From: Tubiluchus corallicola
Taxonomy: Eukaryota; Animalia; Priapulida
NCBI GenBank assembly: GCA_030141605.1
Contig: JAQGDQ010000023.1
Span: 310,001 to 374,000 of the forward strand
Direction of reading: 5' to 3'
DNA length: 64,000 nucleotides
In this document: positions 26,801-40,596 of the stretch, in pieces
How positions within the stretch are numbered: position 1 is the stretch's first letter
How the letters are laid out: each line of letters begins with the position of its first letter
Notes under the pieces: model-generated
The model's input: only the letters and a program-made list of their open reading frames with translations
Database searches by the model: none
What the model was told of the DNA's origin: nothing
Position numbers and translations under genes: made by a program

Positions 26801-28499
26801 ATGACACTAATCAACAGCACCCGTTAACTAATAACAAATAGACGGAACGAGTGGACTTCCTGATTGACTGATACACTAACACGTAATCATTTAGGTTAAT
26901 TGGATGCAACACTTATTACAGTATGCAAATCAGCTGCTAAATTAATGAGTGTAGATGATGCATGCAGAACAGGTTTGCACAATTGAAAGCTAGGAAAGAG
27001 TTCAAAGAGGCTCTTAAACTGAAAAGGACTTGAATAACTTACAAATTTAACGCAATCCAATAACCAATGGTACCACACACATCACGAAATAGGAAGTCTT
27101 TTAATTAAAGTGGCATAATTAATGAACGACGCCATGCTAATAATAAAATACTAATATTTAATTATATAAGTTAAAACACAAAGTAATTTGTCATTCAAAG
27201 TATAAAGCTACTTAAACTTAATTTGCAACAAGCTGCTTAAACTTGCTCTGTAAAATTCTTGAGAAAATTTTAATAAACAGTCAGTTTTGAATTGGAGTAT
27301 GTACTAAGTATGTTTAAATATTTCTAAACATTAAACTAAAGATTAAATATGTTTTATCAACCAAAAAAACTGAAGAAACCGCCCGTCAAAAAGAAGGACA
27401 GACATGTTTTTACCTATACACAACTACTGCATAATACATTAGATCAAAATGGATACATATGCAATGTGCTTAAAATAGTTCAGAAAATTCAAGTGCCCTT
27501 AAGAACACAAATAAGTGCAAATCAAATAATGCTACATAAAGAAGATTACTTCAGTATATGCTATAAAGGAAAGTACATATGCAGCAAAGTACAATTTTAC
27601 TATACAAACGTTAATAAGTGTATTTTCCGATGGTGAATGAACGGTGGAATATTTGGATGCAGTTTGCCATACATCCCACAGTTTGACCATTCATTTCTAC
27701 TGGCTTCTCAGCACAGACAAGACGTCGTCGTAAAGAAACCTGGTGTTTCCCACGCTCTCTGAGTAAACATTGGAAAGCATAAATCACAAATTTTCTCGCG
27801 TAAAAACTTTGTCGGCACGTTCAGGCATGTGGTGACTATGTGTGAGCTAATGAAATTGGTTTTGGAGCGCGATTATATCCTCTAGCCCCTTACGTTGAAG
27901 TTAGAATTTTCCGATACTATAAAAACATACGATGTTTCACTCGCATTATTTAGTCTTTCAATTAGACTAACAGCGATTTCATAAGTCATCAGTGTTGTTG
28001 GATGTTTGACACTTTTAGCCTAGTAGGAATACCGATTTGTGGGAATTAATTGCAACACTATGATTTTTCTTTTTTCTTTTTGTTGCATGTTAAGTAAAGT
28101 ATTTCAGATCAATTTCTCCAATAAACTGGCCTATGGGAAATTTTTTTAGGGCCGGCCGAACTTTAGGCTCGGGTCAGTACTTGAAAATGAGGAAGTAAGT
28201 AACGTAATTTGGGAATTGGTTTATTTGTATTGTTTGTGTTGGAATAGATACTTGAGCCCCAAGTCTAGAAAGTCGCAGAAACCAGTAACTTGAAAGTACA
28301 GTATGGCTTCTCATACATTTATACATGTCTTGAACAAAGTTTTAGAAAGGTGCAGGAACTACATAGTCACTGTGAATCGAGACACCTTAACCTAATGGTC
28401 CTGCAGCCTGCCGATATAATAAGACCTGGTTAAACGTAAGAACTTACTAGTCATTCATTCAAACATATAGAGCTTGGACAGATGTCAGTACATGGCAAG

Positions 28500-28882
28500 T
28501 AGGGTCGAGTTATCCTATAGGCTAGCGTAGGCTGCGGCCTAAGGCGTCTCAAGCTTTGATAATACATTTAATAAAAAAATCTGTCTTTGCACTACGGTTG
28601 TGTTGAAATATGTGCTAATTTGCTTTGCAATGAATTGTAAAATAGTAGTATTTCTTAAAGAATATTTTTATTGATAAATAAGAGTTTACTGTTAAACTAA
28701 AATAGCTATTCTAGATTAGTTTAAAAATCTTCAATAAATTTCCTTCAAGCTATTGCTGAAATATATCGCGAGTAAAAAATACTCAAGACGGGTGCGGGCA
28801 AGTCAGAGGGTGGCTCCATCTGAGGGGACCGCCATAATTTCATTAGCTTAGGTGCCCCCCAAAAGATCGTAACCCGGCCCTG
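28500..28882. mobile_element. hAT-type MITE related to 17505-17915, opposite orientation
   Basis: Ends tagggtcgagtta / taacccggccctg; left arm matches reverse complement of the 17505 element's right arm; TSD not preserved. Confidence 0.6.
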
Positions 28883-31414
28883 ATGATATCGGCTATATAA
28901 AGCCAAGTTTGCTGCATGGAACATAACGCAACATTTTTATGAAATATTACAGTCTACCGTACCAAGGCGCTTCAACTAACCTATGCTCTGACTACACACT
29001 TAATCGATTTGTAAATTAAACGGATTTGATTCAGCAACTATGATTAGAGAATTCCATTTAGGAGGCAGGTTAAAGTCATTGGCTGAAATTCGTTAAGGCT
29101 AGTTGATGACGATAGTGACGACTGTTGTTATTAGGCACTCCAGACGCTATCAGACTTATGCAGCAGTGAACACAAGGCTAAAAATACCCATTTGCAATCA
29201 GCCATGGTTCGTGTGTAATGCAATTAGGTCTAATTGTGAACCAAGAACAGTCTTGTTACATTTTACGGCTTGGCTTGGCGAGTTTTAGAGCTTGCTTGTT
29301 ACGCCAATAAAACATTTCTTCCCAGCCTGTCAACAAGAATTCTGCTCACTCCTTGCTAGAGTGTTCCACGTGAATAACACAGCAGCAAAGCAAAACAATT
29401 AGTTTGAGGGAAGTCACCGGGGATTTATTGGTTAGTGGGAAAGAGGCAGCCAACCCATTTGTCATCAATCTACGCAGCATCTCAAATTGAGACGTGTCAT
29501 CGCGTGAAGCCATATTCATAATGGCATTCAAGTGACGTAACATGCACAGTTGCTCAATCAGTCACAGTGTCTGCTGAAGCCCAGTGCTCAAAGATCGCTA
29601 CAAATCAATAATAACCATGCTTCCCCAAAATAAAATAAAGATCAAGTAATAAAGAAATGATTTTTTACTAATACTTCTAAGACTTGTTACTAAAATTTTT
29701 TGTGGTTCAGTAAAATTTCAACGCGATTGTACTATTGACGACAATCTGCTTTATGGCTTTTGCAGACTCGACTCGCACCTTTTACTTTCTCGCAACTTTA
29801 ATTGCTTTCGTCCAAATAGTAATAGAAGTAGTAATGATAGCGGTAGTAGTAGTGATAATGGTGATAATGATGGTGGTAGTGGTGATAGCAGTAGTAGCAG
29901 CCGTGGCATCGGCAACGGCGACAACAGCAGCAATTTACACATCACACAAATATTTTCGATAAATAAGCTATCTACAATCATTACTCAGCCTCATAATATG
30001 CAAACAAAGCGTTACAACAAACAAACAATGTTGACAATTAACTAACTGTATCACCGTGAATGTCCATTGTTTTTGTACAAATATTATAATGGCTTCTTCC
30101 CCCTACATTTGTCAATTATTTAACTCCGTTCAACAAATCCATAACTGTTTTACTGGTAGAACTATTGGTAACTTTTATCCTCCTGCCATACACGCTAGTT
30201 ACAGCTACCGAAATCCTTGATATACTGCTATCCAACAATGGGCTGAAATTTCTCCTTGGGCAAAAGGATTTCAGTTCCACTATTTTAAAAAGTACGTATT
30301 TTATTTGTTACTAACTTGTTACCTAACTTGCTAATTGACATTTTAAGTACTCCTGATTTCATTTGTTTGCATTGCTACCATTAAGTGTTTTTATAACTGA
30401 ATACTGCTTTAATCGTAAGACATTTTGTATGTATTTCTCTGTCTGCACCATGCATTTGGGCAGTCTCTGGGTGAGTTTCGAAAGCTCACGTTCATGCTCG
30501 TATTTGCCAACACACATTAAATTCAGTACACCATACATTTATCTAATCCAAAAAACCTACAAAGAATCACAATCACAAAAAACCGCAAACATCTACGCCT
30601 TCCAGATAAAGGTAACATTTTCCAGTAAATCTGCGCATTTGTTCAGCCCTGTTCGATTTTGGTTCCGTCCTCAGCCACGTTAATTTACGCTCCGCCATTC
30701 GTACACTTGCCAGCACTCTCTTAATACGTTATCCCTCCTGTTTTAAACACTACTTGGGTATGCCCTTCATAAAAACCCTGTGCTTGCCCCTTCATGCGTA
30801 GCAATTTCTGCATGTTAATGCTTCTATTGTGAGGCAATGTAAGGCAGGAGGCTAATGGCAAACTCAGTACACACTGCTGCCAGTATTCATTAGAACCACC
30901 CGCCTTGCAGATCATCAGAGACCCTTTCAAGAGTAACACGTGACCTGACTGGCTTCATTTAACTCTTGGACGTCGGTTGCGTGGACAATTTCATGTCCCA
31001 ACTAAATAAAAAAATAGGCTGATTAAATAAATCTGAGATGACCTCCTTGGCTATTCACCTCTTTGGCTCCAAAAACCAGCTTTTCGTCTCTTGAGTTTTA
31101 TCATTTATGCAGTACATTCGTGGAAAATAGCAAGTGCAAAAGCGAGACATGAGTTTAACTACAGAAATAGTAAAATCCAAGGCTCTTGGTTCAAAACCTG
31201 CTGGCTCGTAACTTTTTTCGGTAACTGTGTTTCTAAAGTAACTTATCAAGTCGGATAAAATTCTGTAAGTAGAAGCGGTTTAAACTTGTCTCGCCAGAGT
31301 ACCTCAACTCTTGAAATAAATATTTAACCAAGCCGCTAACGTATATGTAAGTGCTTATCAGCACAGAATTTTGGATAGTTAGAGACGCCCTCAACAGTAT
31401 CTTATTTTTCTCGG

Positions 31415-31595
31415 CCTATTCGATACTACGGCAGGTTATACCAAAGACTTTAAAAATGGTACCTGCTGTTGCCCTGCCTGGCGCGTGCTATTTTGGGTAT
31501 CTCTATTATGTCGTTGTAGTTCGTTATTTACATTCAGCGACAAAGGCCTCAAAGCTTGTGTTCTCTGTTGAATTTAATGCCGACATTAAATAACG

Positions 31596-31627
<32 letters not shown>

Positions 31628-31665
31628 ATTATTATTATTATTATTATTATTGTTATTATTATTGC
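31415..31665 (+). mobile_element. SINE with Meta-like core and (CAT)n(TAT)n tail
   Basis: ttataccaaagactttaaaaatggtacctgctgttgccctgcctggcgc core; tail shared with the 3.9 kb copy. Confidence 0.62.
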
Positions 31666-33571
31666 TGCATATATTCTTAACAGTGATCTCAATCTCACGA
31701 TTAGGATTTCATATAGCTATCATATTTCTATTTCATAACGAAATTTCTGCATTTTCTCTTAGCACTTTACTCTGTTTTAGTGGTTTGTGGTGCTCTGTTA
31801 AACTTCAACTACCTGCACCGACTGTAGTAAAAAAGTAGAGATCACCATGTTACAGTTTAACCATAAATGTGTTTTAGAGATGACGAACAGCTTTTAAAGC
31901 AGGTTAGTCCTTTTCTGAAAAAAAAGTAAAGCGCTTAATAATTACTCCAAGTTTTCTGAATGTGTACGCACTCATGGTACAAAGATTCTAATTATATTAT
32001 GTTTAATTCTTAAAACAATCATATTTCGCATAGCATAATGGTATAGTATCGTATACTATATATCGATCTAAGTACGAATCATTTTATACTAAGCAGCATG
32101 GTGAAAACGTTCAACTTCTACCATAAAAACGGTTTATGCAAAGCCAAAGCGCGTAAAGTGAAATAATGAAGATGAATGGACCACTGCGCATCGAACAGAT
32201 TATGGCCGAATCCAGGAGAAAGGTGCAGTCTCAGGAGCGAAGCAACGTCATGTTACTTCCGGCTCCGGATGCACTCAATCTCAGAGTCACAGACAGACAA
32301 AGTTAACGCTTAGGAAAATGGTCGCCATCCTTGACATACTCCTATTTGCAGCGTTTTTTCTTCCAACTGACAAAATTTAGCGTGGAAGCTACCACGATGA
32401 TCAAGCATATATTACGGCCATAAAACTTAGGTAAATCTTTCCTGTGCAATGGGAAAGACTTGAAGATGAAAGGGATGACTCATCGCGGGATTTACGCATA
32501 ATCCAGCTTGACAGACGACCGGGACAAACCATTCCAGACTAGGAATTCATTGTTGAAAAGCACAAGCTCAAATAAGAAAATACAAGTTATATAACAGCTT
32601 TAAAGTACAAAAAAGCACAAATGTAAAACAACGCTAACAAAACTTTTACAATTTCCTGTCTACTGATCTTTGTGGGTTGCTCGCTTGCGATGTAAATCTA
32701 TAAACGGATCTTCTTCGCCGTTAAGCCAGTTTTGTTCTCATTGTTCGTGTAATACAGAACTCCGCCATTTACTCGTTGTAACCAAACAATGCGTATTCTA
32801 AATTTTCGCAAATATTTGGTTCTACAGCAACGGTAAAATGACGCTCTAAATAACATCCTGATAAAGAAGGTCGCATCTGTTAACAGATAACCCATCACCA
32901 TCATTTCGGAAGGTGTAAAAAACAAAGACCTTGTAGAAAGTTTGTGCAGTTTTGATCATCAGTGGATGGATTTATTAGCTTTTGTCATTTCACTCAGTTT
33001 CAACATCATTGTGCAAAATATTTTTATTCTTGCTGTTGCTTTCTAATGTGCGTAGTGTCATGTGGCGTAGGATGCTTTTTATAAACTTTTTATAAACTAA
33101 TACGATATACGGTTCAAAGCAGTTAATGAAGTTCCAGACGACATGTACAGACTGTTGGGCACAAGAAACGAGATAAGTGATTAAGAAGTTACAGTTGTAA
33201 TTCATTTCTCATAGTTGTCATAATGATCAGCATAAACATTGTAAAGATCTAAAAAGATTTTTTTTCTGTGTAAGAGCCAACCAAGAAAATATTGGTGTAA
33301 AATGGGTGAACTTTTTCAAGTTATTGCTGTACCAAACCTTCTCAGAATAATTTTCAACAACTTGTGTAACTTCATTGTGGTCTATTCCCGGAAAACCTTT
33401 CAGGTTTGGAATTCTGCCTTTGTGTTGTGTAAAACAATAAAATAAAAGCTGCTCAGACCGAATGGTTTCCTTTTTGAGGATCCGGTTAAACAGCTTTGTA
33501 ATTTACAAATTACAGAACAAATATTCTTAGTTAGGTTAATCTTACATTAAAAGGAGTTACGTTGTCAGGGC

Positions 33572-33835
33572 TATGGATGTTAAACGATACAAATTTGGCG
33601 ATACAATAAGGATACGATACGATACTTTTTCCAACGATACGATAACGATAATCCACTTTTTAGACGATACGATACGATAAATTATTTCGAGCGATAAAAC
33701 CGACACTGAAGTTAGAAAATTTATGCAACAACAGAAAAAGTATCTCTAATAATTAAACTATTTATGTAACCATTCGTGACTACGCACGAAATTTTCTGCT
33801 TCGTTGTTATAATGTAGCATCTAAATAAGCAAGCT

Positions 33836-33866
<31 letters not shown>

Positions 33867-34272
33867 TACTACAATATAAAGATTTATCTATGCGAGCTGC
33901 ACAATTACACATGTCCGAAGACACCAAAAATACGGTACACTGTATTCGGCATCTGCGAGTCTGTATGATTCAGAATCAGAATAAAGATAACCACTAACGC
34001 AAAGCGAAAGTGCAACTGCATGCGTCTGACAAGCATACGTCTGACAAATTTAAATAATTCTTTTCATCCACTGTTTTGCTTAATTTCTGTAAGTAAATTG
34101 AAAAAAAGTGAAGCAATTTTATAAAATTAAGCGATAAGCAATGAACAAGCCAAAATTGATACGATAACGATATACCTAGAATAATATCGATACGATAACG
34201 ACAAAACAAATTTTTCGTATCGATACGATATTCAATAATTATCGATACGTATAGTTATCGTTAACATCCTTA
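33572..34272. mobile_element. Non-autonomous hAT MITE (TAGGGATG-type ends)
   Basis: TIRs tatggatgttaa / ttaacatcctta; 8-bp TSD gtcagggc / gtcggggc; subterminal (cgata) repeats. Confidence 0.85.
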
Positions 34273-34670
34273 GTCGGGGCAATGTTTGTCATCAGCTTTA
34301 AAGTTACAGGGGTTAGGCTGTTATAGCATTGTTGATCGTCAATTTGCCAAACATAAAGTTACAGGGGTATGCTATTAGAACATTGTTTGTCATCAACCTT
34401 AAAGTTACAGGGGTTACTCCGTTTCAGCATTGTTCATCATCAAAGTTAAAGTTATAGGGGTTATGCCTTGCAGCATTGTTCATCGTCAAAGTTAAAGTTA
34501 TAGGGGTTATGCCTTGCAGCATTGTTCATCATCAAAGTTGAAGTTATAGGGGTTACGCCTTGCAGCACTGTTCATCATCAAAGTTAGAGTTATAGGGGTT
34601 ATAGTGTCACAGCATTGTTCGTTGTCAATTTTAAAGTTATAGAAGTTATGCTGTCAGATCACTGTTTGTC
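34273..34670. repeat. ~46-47 bp minisatellite, about 8 units
   Basis: Unit aaagttataggggttatgccttgcagcattgttcatcatcaaagtt, contiguous and diverging toward the edges. Confidence 0.92.
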
Positions 34671-35865
34671 TCTTCAAGGAGAATGCAGTCAACGGAGTAC
34701 AACAGCTTCCGTATTTTAGCATAAAAATTAAGATTTTGTCTAAAAGTGCATAATTAAGAAATTTTAATTAACACCCATGCACACCCGTTTTTCAAACATT
34801 AGTCAGTAATGCCAAAAAGACTCAAATTAATTGGTATGACAAAAGAATCAATAATTATAGAAAGGTGGCCAAGTTAACCATAGTTTTACAGTAATGTAAG
34901 TTCAGGCCGAAAGCATGCAAACAAAAGTGCAATAAATTAAACCAAACATCTGCTGTGAGTTGAGAAAAACTTATGGTTATCGTATCTTTACATTCAAAAT
35001 TTACATGGACAAAAAATAAGCTTCAAATGCCGGAGTTATTGTTGAATTACATTGACATGTAATACAGCCTGAGATCAAAACAGCTAAAAGTACTATAAGA
35101 CACTCGGAACTGTCAAAACTGCCTTATATTTTATATTAGCATCTGAAATTTTTGCTATCGGCAATACCCGACGCCAGTGTACTAGCGGGGGTTTGAGTAA
35201 ATAAAACTTCTCGCTTTGCTATAATTAAAGCGACCACTACACTAGTGACATCAAACACTAGTCTCCATTACTTCCAAATGACCCCACTCACCCAACGATC
35301 ATTTGACGAACACATGAGTGACACCATAAACATTGCAAAGTGGGCTCACTTTCCTTCACGTGTTATTATGCACTTTTGATGACCAACAAAAATCGCCAAG
35401 TGGGACACTTGGGAGAGGACACCAGACACCCTGATGCAGATGTTTCTGTTGTGATAAACCTTGGCAACCCCGAATATGACGCTAGATAGGCAGATCTGTG
35501 TAACCAGTTAAAATCGGGGTGCAAAATACGACATCCTGTCCAAAAATGTGGAAATAAAGGGACCATATGTGAACTAATCGGTATTGTAACATGTGATTTT
35601 AATTGCTGAAATCCAGAGAAATGTGTGCTTGTTTTCTATAATCAAGCCTATATTTTATTTACATTAAAGACGACTTATCCCGTAAATTGTTAGTTTCAAT
35701 TTAAAATGCTTCTTATGCTAATCTTAGAAGTGTTTATTATGTAAATGTTTATTATAATATAGAGTTGTAATTTGTTGAAAGCACTCTAGTGTGAGCGACC
35801 TAACGTTGGAAAAGCTGAATTCGGTTGGCCACCAATGGGATAAACTTTGGACTGTCTTGCACACT

Positions 35866-35943
35866 GGGATGCAGTAATCTAGTGGTCTAAGGTAGATGTT
35901 TTTTAAGCAGAAGGCACCCGGTTCAAATCCAGGCTGTATCCCA
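35866..35943 (+). pseudogene. tRNA-like sequence (pseudogene or repeat head)
   Basis: Acceptor-like stem gggatgcag / ctgtatccc; A-box taatctagtgg; B-box ggttcaaatcc; anticodon arm not well paired. Confidence 0.6.
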
Positions 35944-36943
35944 ACTTTTTCACATTTCCCCCTTTCCATTTTGGTAATCAACATTTAATTAATTGTGGGT
36001 TTGTACCATCATTAGTAATAGTCTTGACATTAAGATTATAATAGTTAGTTAGTTAGGTTATTTATAAGTTTATGACTACATTTTGCTTCATAATTATATT
36101 AACTTTTGCTAATACTTTATGCACATTTCAGCTTTAAACTATGTAACGAAAAATTGAGCTAACCATGCATTGATTAAAAAGAGAACTTCTGAAGTTATTT
36201 AACAGTAGATCATAGTGCCTGCCGCTGCATGTATCACACCAGTCTGCTAGCACTACCTGTCCCTGCGTGGGAGTTGATTTAAAGGTCACTGGAGCGTGCA
36301 GCACCGTTACCTGGATACCAATGTAAAACAAAAATAGCCGCGCCAGGAGACAGACAGGTACTCAGGTAACGACATATATTTCATCAAAATTTTGTTTTTA
36401 TTGGCGTAATAACACAATTACAGAAAAGATAAGTAATTTATTTATTTAACTTGACAATTAAACAGCACAATGAATATACAAGCAGTATCAGTAAACGAAA
36501 ATTACCTGGAAGGGGAATGTACAGGAAAGTAGTTTTGCGCAAAAACCAAACGCTTGGCAATAATTCACATAATTGTGGTAAGGCTGAAAACTGTATTGAT
36601 TACAAATTAAATTTTAGTACTGTAGATCTACTCTAGACCAAAGGACGGTATCTACTGACGAATTTAATAGAAATATATTACTGTACATGATTGTATATTT
36701 AACAACAAATGCAAGTAAACACTTAAAAAACTGTCAGCTGCAACACTAGTATAATAATTTACAATGTAGAATACAAAAACGAATTGCCCTAATAGTTTTA
36801 AGAATGACAGACGGGTCTTAAAAAACACCAGTCTCAGTTACTCAGCTTACTGATCATTCATAAAAATAGCAGTAGCATCACTGGCAGGCACTGTCGATGC
36901 AAGGAAAATTCGAAAGACAAACAAACTCAGAAAACTGACGTAC

Positions 36944-37004
36944 CTTTTAAAATGCAGAATATTCTAAGGAGAACCAAGCATAGAAACCCATACACAGCCA
37001 TCAT
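36944..37004 (-). CDS. TMEM8/PGAP6-like protein, probable first coding exon (signal peptide)
   Basis: MMAVYGFLCLVLLRIFCILK-G then aag/gtacgt donor; phase 1 matches exon 6562-6659. Confidence 0.65.
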
Positions 37005-37555
37005 CTTCTTGTTTATGTTTGGCTTTGCTTACTGTACTTTTTCAAATAGTTTACAAAATTGCCGTAGATGTCACCACATCCCAGTAGGCTGTAAAACAAA
37101 AGAACAGCTACTGAATCAATCAGCTGACTTGTTGTCAGTGGTTGACGGACTTGATGTTCACGATGAAGTGAAATTGGTTTCAATGATTTCAATCACATTA
37201 TTTGCATGTAGACTGCTTCTCGAAGCAGGTTAGAAACACCGTTGTTTTAGTTAAAGGCAGGAAAGTAAAGAAAAGTTTAAGCGTTTTGCAGTACCTCATT
37301 GGGCTCACCTAGTCTATAAGTTCGGAAAATCACTGAATTAGGGAAATATTAATGTATTCGAAGTAGCGTGTAAATTGCTAGAATAATAAAATTTCTATAA
37401 AAACTGCAGTGAGCTTTTTGTGCATTTTATTTTTAAGTATTGTTCTGTATACCAAACTAACATGCAGAGGGCTAAGTTATGAAAACCTTAGACTGTGATA
37501 ATAATAGTAATATAGATTCAAAACAAGCAATCTGCATTACCAGGTTTAAGATTTT

Positions 37556-38352
37556 GGCGCTATTACACTTTCGCACCTCCTAGTTTTTTCTAGGTTATTA
37601 CTCGTTTCTAGGCTCGTAGGTTATTATTCTCACGTCATCAGTGAATGTTTCCGCTAATCTCGTGGTAATTTACTCATATATTTAGTGTATAATTACGTTG
37701 TATTCACAGTTGTACACTATACAGTTCGTATCGCCATCATGTTTGTGTGTGTAGTCACGTGACGAATTTCGTACTAGTGTATGCATTATGAGGGCCTAGC
37801 TTAAAAGGCACTTGACACACTTTTATCTTAACCGCATTTACGAAATAAAGAAAAAACCTTTACTTTTATAATCTAATAATACTACAGTAATAAATAAAAT
37901 TAATGATATATACTCATTATCACCACCATTACTGCAGTGTTATTTTTATCGTTATCGTCATCACTACCACTATTTTGATACCATCGAAACACCGAAGATA
38001 TCGCGATAAATATTTTACATTAATATTTTTGAAGTAACAAGGGCACACTCTAATACGATACAAACTTCCGTGGCTGCAACCATAATAATCATAAATTATG
38101 CAAAGAAACTAAAAATACAGGTTAAGGGCCACATACGTCACTGCGCTAAACACAGTTATTCACGTGGAGCTTCTTGCGTGTTGGTGACGGTAAGTAATGT
38201 ATGACTTTAATCTGGAATTGTAAGGCCTAAAAACCAATAATATTATGGGAATATGGTATATATTACGCCTGTTGGTCTGCTTTCTGGCCTGCAGGCGTGA
38301 AAACAAACAATAGGCCAGAAAAAACTAGGAGGTGCGAAAGTGTAATAGCGCC
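37556..38352. mobile_element. Non-autonomous DNA transposon, probably Merlin superfamily
   Basis: Perfect 36-bp TIR ggcgctattacactttcgcacctcctagttttttct; perfect 8-bp TSD aagatttt; GGNRM terminus as in Merlin. Confidence 0.82.
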
Positions 38353-40084
38353 AAGATTTTTAACGTTTTTTTTCGCATTTTGGTATTCCAAAATTATGGT
38401 ATCTGCTAATGTATTGTGACCTATAAACACTATTAAATGTGGAGTATGGCCCCAGTTCTGTCTGAATTGCTATCAACTATGTTTTTTACTATTTTTAGCT
38501 TATTTAATGCCTCTATGTATATTATGTGTTGCATCTATGTCGAGAACTTCAAAAATCTTAATCCGCAATTGATTTTACTAAAGTTTTTACAATCTGTTCA
38601 GTGTATTATCAGGCACGTTCATGATTTCTAATATAATAATTCGTAACTCGTAGCATTTCATGGTAAAAAAGACAACATTGTGTAAACTGGCATCACTATG
38701 GTACATTTATACCAACCCTTTGACATGTTTGAATGAAAACAATCAGGCTGGAAGTCTGGAACATCTGCAAGTAAGTGCACAAGTAGCAGTAGATATGCTT
38801 ATGCTCATAATGTAAATCATTAATTTCTTCAAACTAATATACAAAAATTTTGAGAAAAGTAAGTGCCAGTGATTATTTTTGAATACGCCCCTAATAAATG
38901 CTGGTATGGTAGCATGGAAACTTTATTTTCCAGTCGTTTCGCTTATCGTAAAGCATTATTAATGTAAATGACAATTAGTGTTATAAAAATAAACATGCAA
39001 CAATTTTACGCCTTTTTCAAAATGTACTGGTCACTCTAAATAACATACCATATGAGTAACAAAGTTTGCTTGGGACCACTCTAGCTAAATTTGCATTAAA
39101 CTTAAATTCAACAGTCAAAACAGTTAGTTCATTTTGAAAGGTTGGTACCGTATTGCACGTTTAATTTCAATATACTAATTGTCATTTGCATCGAGAATGG
39201 TCTACAAGGAGCAAAAATGTCTAAATCAAGAATCGTTTTGGAAATTGGCGTCGTTAAAAATTTTAATATCGTCCCATTATTATTTTTTTGTGTCTGAAAA
39301 GACTGGTTTCTTGAAATCCGCAAACTCTGTACATTAAAACTAACCATGTATTTAACAGAAGCCAAATAGGTAATAAATAACCAGGCCACTAGAAAAGAAA
39401 TTGACACAGTAAATTATGCACTAATTATGTATTTACAAAAAGCCAAATATATAACGATAAAGCAGACCTGTAGAGAAGTGACTGATACAGTAACAAATAG
39501 CTATGTGTTTAAGAATAAAGTTAAAGGCATTGAACTGCTTTGTACATTAAGAAAAGGCTTATTAGGGTACATAGATAAACTTTCTTTTATTAATAAGTCC
39601 CAGTTAATTTTTAATAAAGTTGCGGTGTTTTATCTATACGTTAAATCCACTTGAATCGAGTGCAAAAAATCAGTAACTTTTAAAGCTGCGATGCTAATTT
39701 ATTTTGATTAGGCTGTTTGTGAGACTGCAAGCATTTGCTTGGCATGGAGGTAGATCATTTACTAAGTGACTGGTCAGGCTTGATGTGCATGTTTTAAGCC
39801 AGAGCCGTAGAAACAAAGTGAATTAAGCTGTCAGTCAAATCGGTTCTAGATTCCACGAGCTGGATCTGCAAAATAAATAGATTGCTTCCATGACTTTGCT
39901 GGTTCTGCAAGCAGTGTAGGTCTGCAGCTCTGCAAATCCACAAGAAAATTTTAAAGTTGCTTACTGTGTCCACACAATCTCTGACTTAGCTTGTAGAAAC
40001 TTGTGGTTTTATTTTGCAAACTTGTGTTTGGTCTGTGGATTAGCACCTTCGCATTGTGCTTGGGCAGTTTTAGATTTCTAACTA

Positions 40085-40596
40085 CAGTTATACCTCTATT
40101 GTCGAACGTCTCCGTACTCGTACAAATCGGTTTTCGACCAGAAAATTCGAGCTGAAATTGTCTCCGCTCTCGACCAGAATTTCGGACTTGACCAACTGCC
40201 AAACACGTGATGAACGCATGCACGCGAAGCCGAGTAGAGCCGAGCGTAACCTGCCGCACCCGAGAGTAGTCACGCTAACATTTGAATCGCCTAACATCAC
40301 TAAGTGCTTTCTACGCTTACTTTTCTCCTCTTTTTCATGCAGGAACAATTATGTTTTTCTTTCAAAATAATTCTATTATGTTTTTCTTATCAATTATATT
40401 ATATCTTCTGTTTGAATAAACATTTTTGCATTATTATATTTCATTTTAGTAATACTTTACAGTTCATTTGGTGCTTGAGAATGGATTATTTGCTTTTACA
40501 TTATTTCTTATGGGAATAAATGATTCGGTTCTCAACCAAATCGGTTTTCAAACACTTTTTTGGAACGAATTATGGTCGAAAACAGAGGTACTACTG
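40085..40596. mobile_element. Tc1/mariner (pogo/Tigger-like) MITE
   Basis: ta-cagttatacctctattgtcga ... tcgaaaacagaggtactactg-ta; TA TSD; internal aaatcggttttc repeats. Confidence 0.75.

Noticed and set aside
34273-34670. Regular repeats that could be taken for a CRISPR array
   Set aside because: Units are contiguous with no unique spacers; eukaryotic context, no cas genes
40100-40290. CpG-rich patch as the RING gene promoter
   Set aside because: Lies inside the pogo-like MITE bounded by TIRs and TA duplications
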